Shown: piece by piece, positions 18,062 through 21,082 of the stretch | Position numbering within the stretch: position 1 is the first letter of the stretch | Layout of the letters: every line of letters begins with the position of its first letter | Source of the DNA: Acidimicrobiia bacterium | Lineage (GTDB): Bacteria; Actinomycetota; Acidimicrobiia; Spongiisociales; UBA11373 | Length of the DNA stretch: 21,082 bases | NCBI GenBank assembly: GCA_040878325.1 | Contig: JBBDMM010000018.1 | Location: forward strand, 62,001-83,082 | Direction: 5' to 3' | Translations under genes and position numbers: made by a program | The notes under the pieces: generated by a model | Told to the model about the DNA's origin: nothing | Seen by the model: the letters and a program-made list of their open reading frames with translations, nothing else | The model's database searches: none

Positions 18062-19386
18062 CAGCCCGGCGGGAGAATCACTTCATCGGTGGCGTTGATG
18101 TCGAACACCCGGTGGCGGAGGGTCACTACGACTTCGCCCTCGAATCCGGGTCCGGTGAGGGGGGCGAGCACGGCGGCATCTCCGGTGGCGGTGATGCTCA
18201 GCTCGACCAACCAGGAATCGGCGATCCAGAACGCAAAGGTGTCGATCGACACTCCCGGAAGGGTCACGCCGAGGGCGGCTTCGAGGCCGGCGACGTCGGC
18301 GCGGTACCCCATCGACGCCACCCCGTTGACCATATGGGGAGTTCCTTCGCCTTCGACGAGCTCGGCGAATCCGGCCTGGCGCAGGTCGAGTGGCCACGAA
18401 GGGCAGCGGGCAAGCAGCGCGGCGAGCGTTTGGTTGGCGGAGCCGGTCGCCGACCACGAGGGGTCGTCGGGGTGGCGCCAGAACAGCGCCCCGTCCGATT
18501 CGACGATCTCGCGCTGGAACTCGCCGTTGGGTGAGATCTGGCGAACATTGCAGCTGCGGCCGGCGGCGCCGACGGTTCCCTGGCTCTCGATGGCCCATCG
18601 CTCAGCACCGTCGATGGTGACAGTGGTCTCGAATCGATAGGGCGGGAGGTCGGCGCGCGGCGGCGACGGGTCGCCGGTGGCGAGCGTGTCCACGATCCTG
18701 CGGACGACTTCGTCTGCAAGGTATTGCAGGGCGACGCGGGCGTCCTGATCGTCGGGACGGTCGATGGAAGCGAATCCGACGAACCGACCCACCCGGAACA
18801 GGACCGCGGTCTCGGTGGCGTCGGAGCCCTCTCCGGTGCGAAGGATCAGCCCGATCGCTTCCTCACCCACGGCAATCGGGAACTCGACGGCCTCGAAGCC
18901 CCGGGCATCGGGCCGGTGGGTCCCCCCGGAACCCTTGACGATGTCGCCGGCGGTGTCGAGCAGGTACCGGTGGGCCGAGTCGGCGTCGTATAGGACGTCG
19001 ATCCAGACGTGCTCGGTGTGCCCATCCTCGGGGTAGCTGCCCGTGGCGCCGTTGATGCGCAACAGACTTGTGACGTCGGATGCCTGGTCGTCGGAATCGA
19101 AGGTCGAGCCGGCGACGAGGTCGGCGTTCGACATGAGTTCGGTGGTCCCGTCGGCCCCCGGGGGCGGGAGCATGGCCAACAGATCGGCCCCGGTGACCGC
19201 GCGGACGGTGATGTCGGGGAGCGGGAAAGTCTCTACCGCGGCGTCCTCGATGGACGCCACCGTGGTGACCGACGCGGCCGGCGCCGCCGAACTGTTGGGC
19301 GAGACTCCTCCGTCGGGGGTGGCGCATGCCCCGAGTGCCACCGCGAGCGCGGCGACAAGTCGGAAGCGTCCAATCAAGGAGTCCAT
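18061..19386 (-). CDS. Two-domain lipoprotein, C-terminal LppX/LprAFG-like domain
   Basis: ATG 19386, lipobox 'ALAVALGAC'; C-terminal 'DGALFW...W...VNGVASMGY...FWIAD...FDINAT..ILPP' pattern. The domain call is from pattern recognition only. Confidence 0.7.
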   Translation of the reverse strand: MDSLIGRFRLVAALAVALGACATPDGGVSPNSSAAPAASVTTVASIEDAAVETFPLPDITVRAVTGADLLAMLPPPGADGTTELMSNADLVAGSTFDSDDQASDVTSLLRINGATGSYPEDGHTEHVWIDVLYDADSAHRYLLDTAGDIVKGSGGTHRPDARGFEAVEFPIAVGEEAIGLILRTGEGSDATETAVLFRVGRFVGFASIDRPDDQDARVALQYLADEVVRRIVDTLATGDPSPPRADLPPYRFETTVTIDGAERWAIESQGTVGAAGRSCNVRQISPNGEFQREIVESDGALFWRHPDDPSWSATGSANQTLAALLARCPSWPLDLRQAGFAELVEGEGTPHMVNGVASMGYRADVAGLEAALGVTLPGVSIDTFAFWIADSWLVELSITATGDAAVLAPLTGPGFEGEVVVTLRHRVFDINATDEVILPPG

Positions 19387-19434
19387 GAGGTTTTGTCGGG
19401 TGTTTTGGCGGGCCGGTTGAGCAAAGTCGATTAG

Positions 19435-19540
19435 ATGGCTCCAGCTCCCGCTCCGGCTCCAGCCAGACCGGTTCAAGCTCTGGAAGGCGCGTCCGTGCTT
19501 CTTGCCAACGCCAATCGCAGGGCTGAGCGGAGCGAGGCCT
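19435..19540. repeat. Hexamer run and REP-like element
   Basis: (GCTCCN)x4 at about 19438-19461, then GGCGCG...TTCTTGCCAA...GAGCGGAGCGAGGCC matching 14950-15001. Confidence 0.6.
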
Positions 19541-20507
19541 ATCGGTGCACTGCTGTCCGCGCCACCCAGCCTTCGGTGTCTTCTCCGGTGGCGACGTGGA
19601 GCCAGGGGCCGACCTCGCGCTTCGCCAGGTACCAGTTCCCCGGTTTGAGGTGGCCAACCACCCGGGTGTGATCGCGGAGGTCGAGAACGTCGATGTCGGC
19701 CAGCACGTAACACCAGTAGGGCGCCGCCGACGGCATCGGCTCAGGAGCGCGTCGGGTCACCTCGGCGGAGCGCACAGGGGCGCTCGCGGGGGTGCGCTCG
19801 GGCGTCGGGTCACCTGCCTCGTCGTCGCGGTTCCGGCGCCGTTGCCGCCTTGCCGGGCTCAAGAGACCCGCAAGGAGAAATCCGAGGGTGGAGGCGATGA
19901 TGACGATGATCGCCACCGAGATGTACGACAGCTGGAGCCAGCCGAACTGTTGCCCGAGCACGGCCGCACCGGTGCCGGTGGCCAGTCCGGCGAAGGCCGC
20001 CGCGGCCCGTGACCATCGTCGCCGCGAGGCGATGGCACCCAACTGCCCGGTGATCCCACCGATGGCGAGCCCGGCGGCGGTGACTCCGGTGAGGGTGGCG
20101 AGGGGGAATCGCCCGGTGATGCGCAGCCACGCCTCGGCGGCACATCCGTCGGTCGTGCCCCGGATCCGCACGAGACCGACTGCATAGGGCGACACATCAT
20201 CGAGGTCGATCGACGCGGTGAATTCCTCTGTTGGCGGCGAGTAGGCAGTCGAGCCCGAATCCACGACGACGGGGCCGATGATTACCTTCACCATGGCCTC
20301 CGAGGTGCCGGCGGGGTCGATGCCGGAGAAGATGAGCGTGTCGGTGACCCGCAGTTCCAGCGGCGAGAACAACGAGTCGATACGATCCGCTTCCACCCCG
20401 TTGAAGGTCGCGGAGCACTCACCGATGCCGGCGGCGGCGGGGCCGACGCCCACCATCGTCCAGCCCGCAATCAGCCCGAGGGCGAGGACCAGCCGGATGG
20501 GGCGCAT
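19539..20507 (-). CDS. Membrane protein with signal peptide, extracellular domain, three TM segments and C-terminal SH3-like domain
   Basis: 'MRPIRLVLALGLIAGW...AAA' signal; Cys pair; three hydrophobic stretches; 'VGHLKPG...GPWLHV...EGWV' SH3b-like end. Confidence 0.7.
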   Translation of the reverse strand: MRPIRLVLALGLIAGWTMVGVGPAAAGIGECSATFNGVEADRIDSLFSPLELRVTDTLIFSGIDPAGTSEAMVKVIIGPVVVDSGSTAYSPPTEEFTASIDLDDVSPYAVGLVRIRGTTDGCAAEAWLRITGRFPLATLTGVTAAGLAIGGITGQLGAIASRRRWSRAAAAFAGLATGTGAAVLGQQFGWLQLSYISVAIIVIIASTLGFLLAGLLSPARRQRRRNRDDEAGDPTPERTPASAPVRSAEVTRRAPEPMPSAAPYWCYVLADIDVLDLRDHTRVVGHLKPGNWYLAKREVGPWLHVATGEDTEGWVARTAVHR

Positions 20508-20558
20508 CAGCCGACGATACCAACCGGCGACCCGGTGCCATGGCGATACCCTGGCCCG

Positions 20559-21082
<524 letters not shown>

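Overview
High-GC DNA, probably from an actinobacterium (Acidimicrobiia-like; inferred from F420 genes, leaderless starts and lipoprotein types). Bases 1-6715 form an accessory tract: a PQQ/Kelch double beta-propeller protein, three unrelated lipoproteins, a degraded small ORF and a toxin-first HigBA-like TA pair. This tract is punctuated by three same-orientation copies of an unrecognised 34-bp repeat, giving a cassette-array-like layout. The rest is core genome: a nucleoside-salvage operon (upp, atl, pyrimidine and purine nucleoside phosphorylases), then ffh-rpsP-khpA-rimM. trmD is displaced 7.76 kb downstream of rimM by a tandem GAPDH pair, cofG/cofH and two envelope genes. Best leads: (1) a full-length GAPDH paralogue lacking the catalytic Cys and substrate-binding Arg, translationally coupled to an intact GAPDH; (2) the 34-bp repeat array; (3) a CofH carrying an apparently degenerate CofG-like N-terminal domain next to a standalone CofG.
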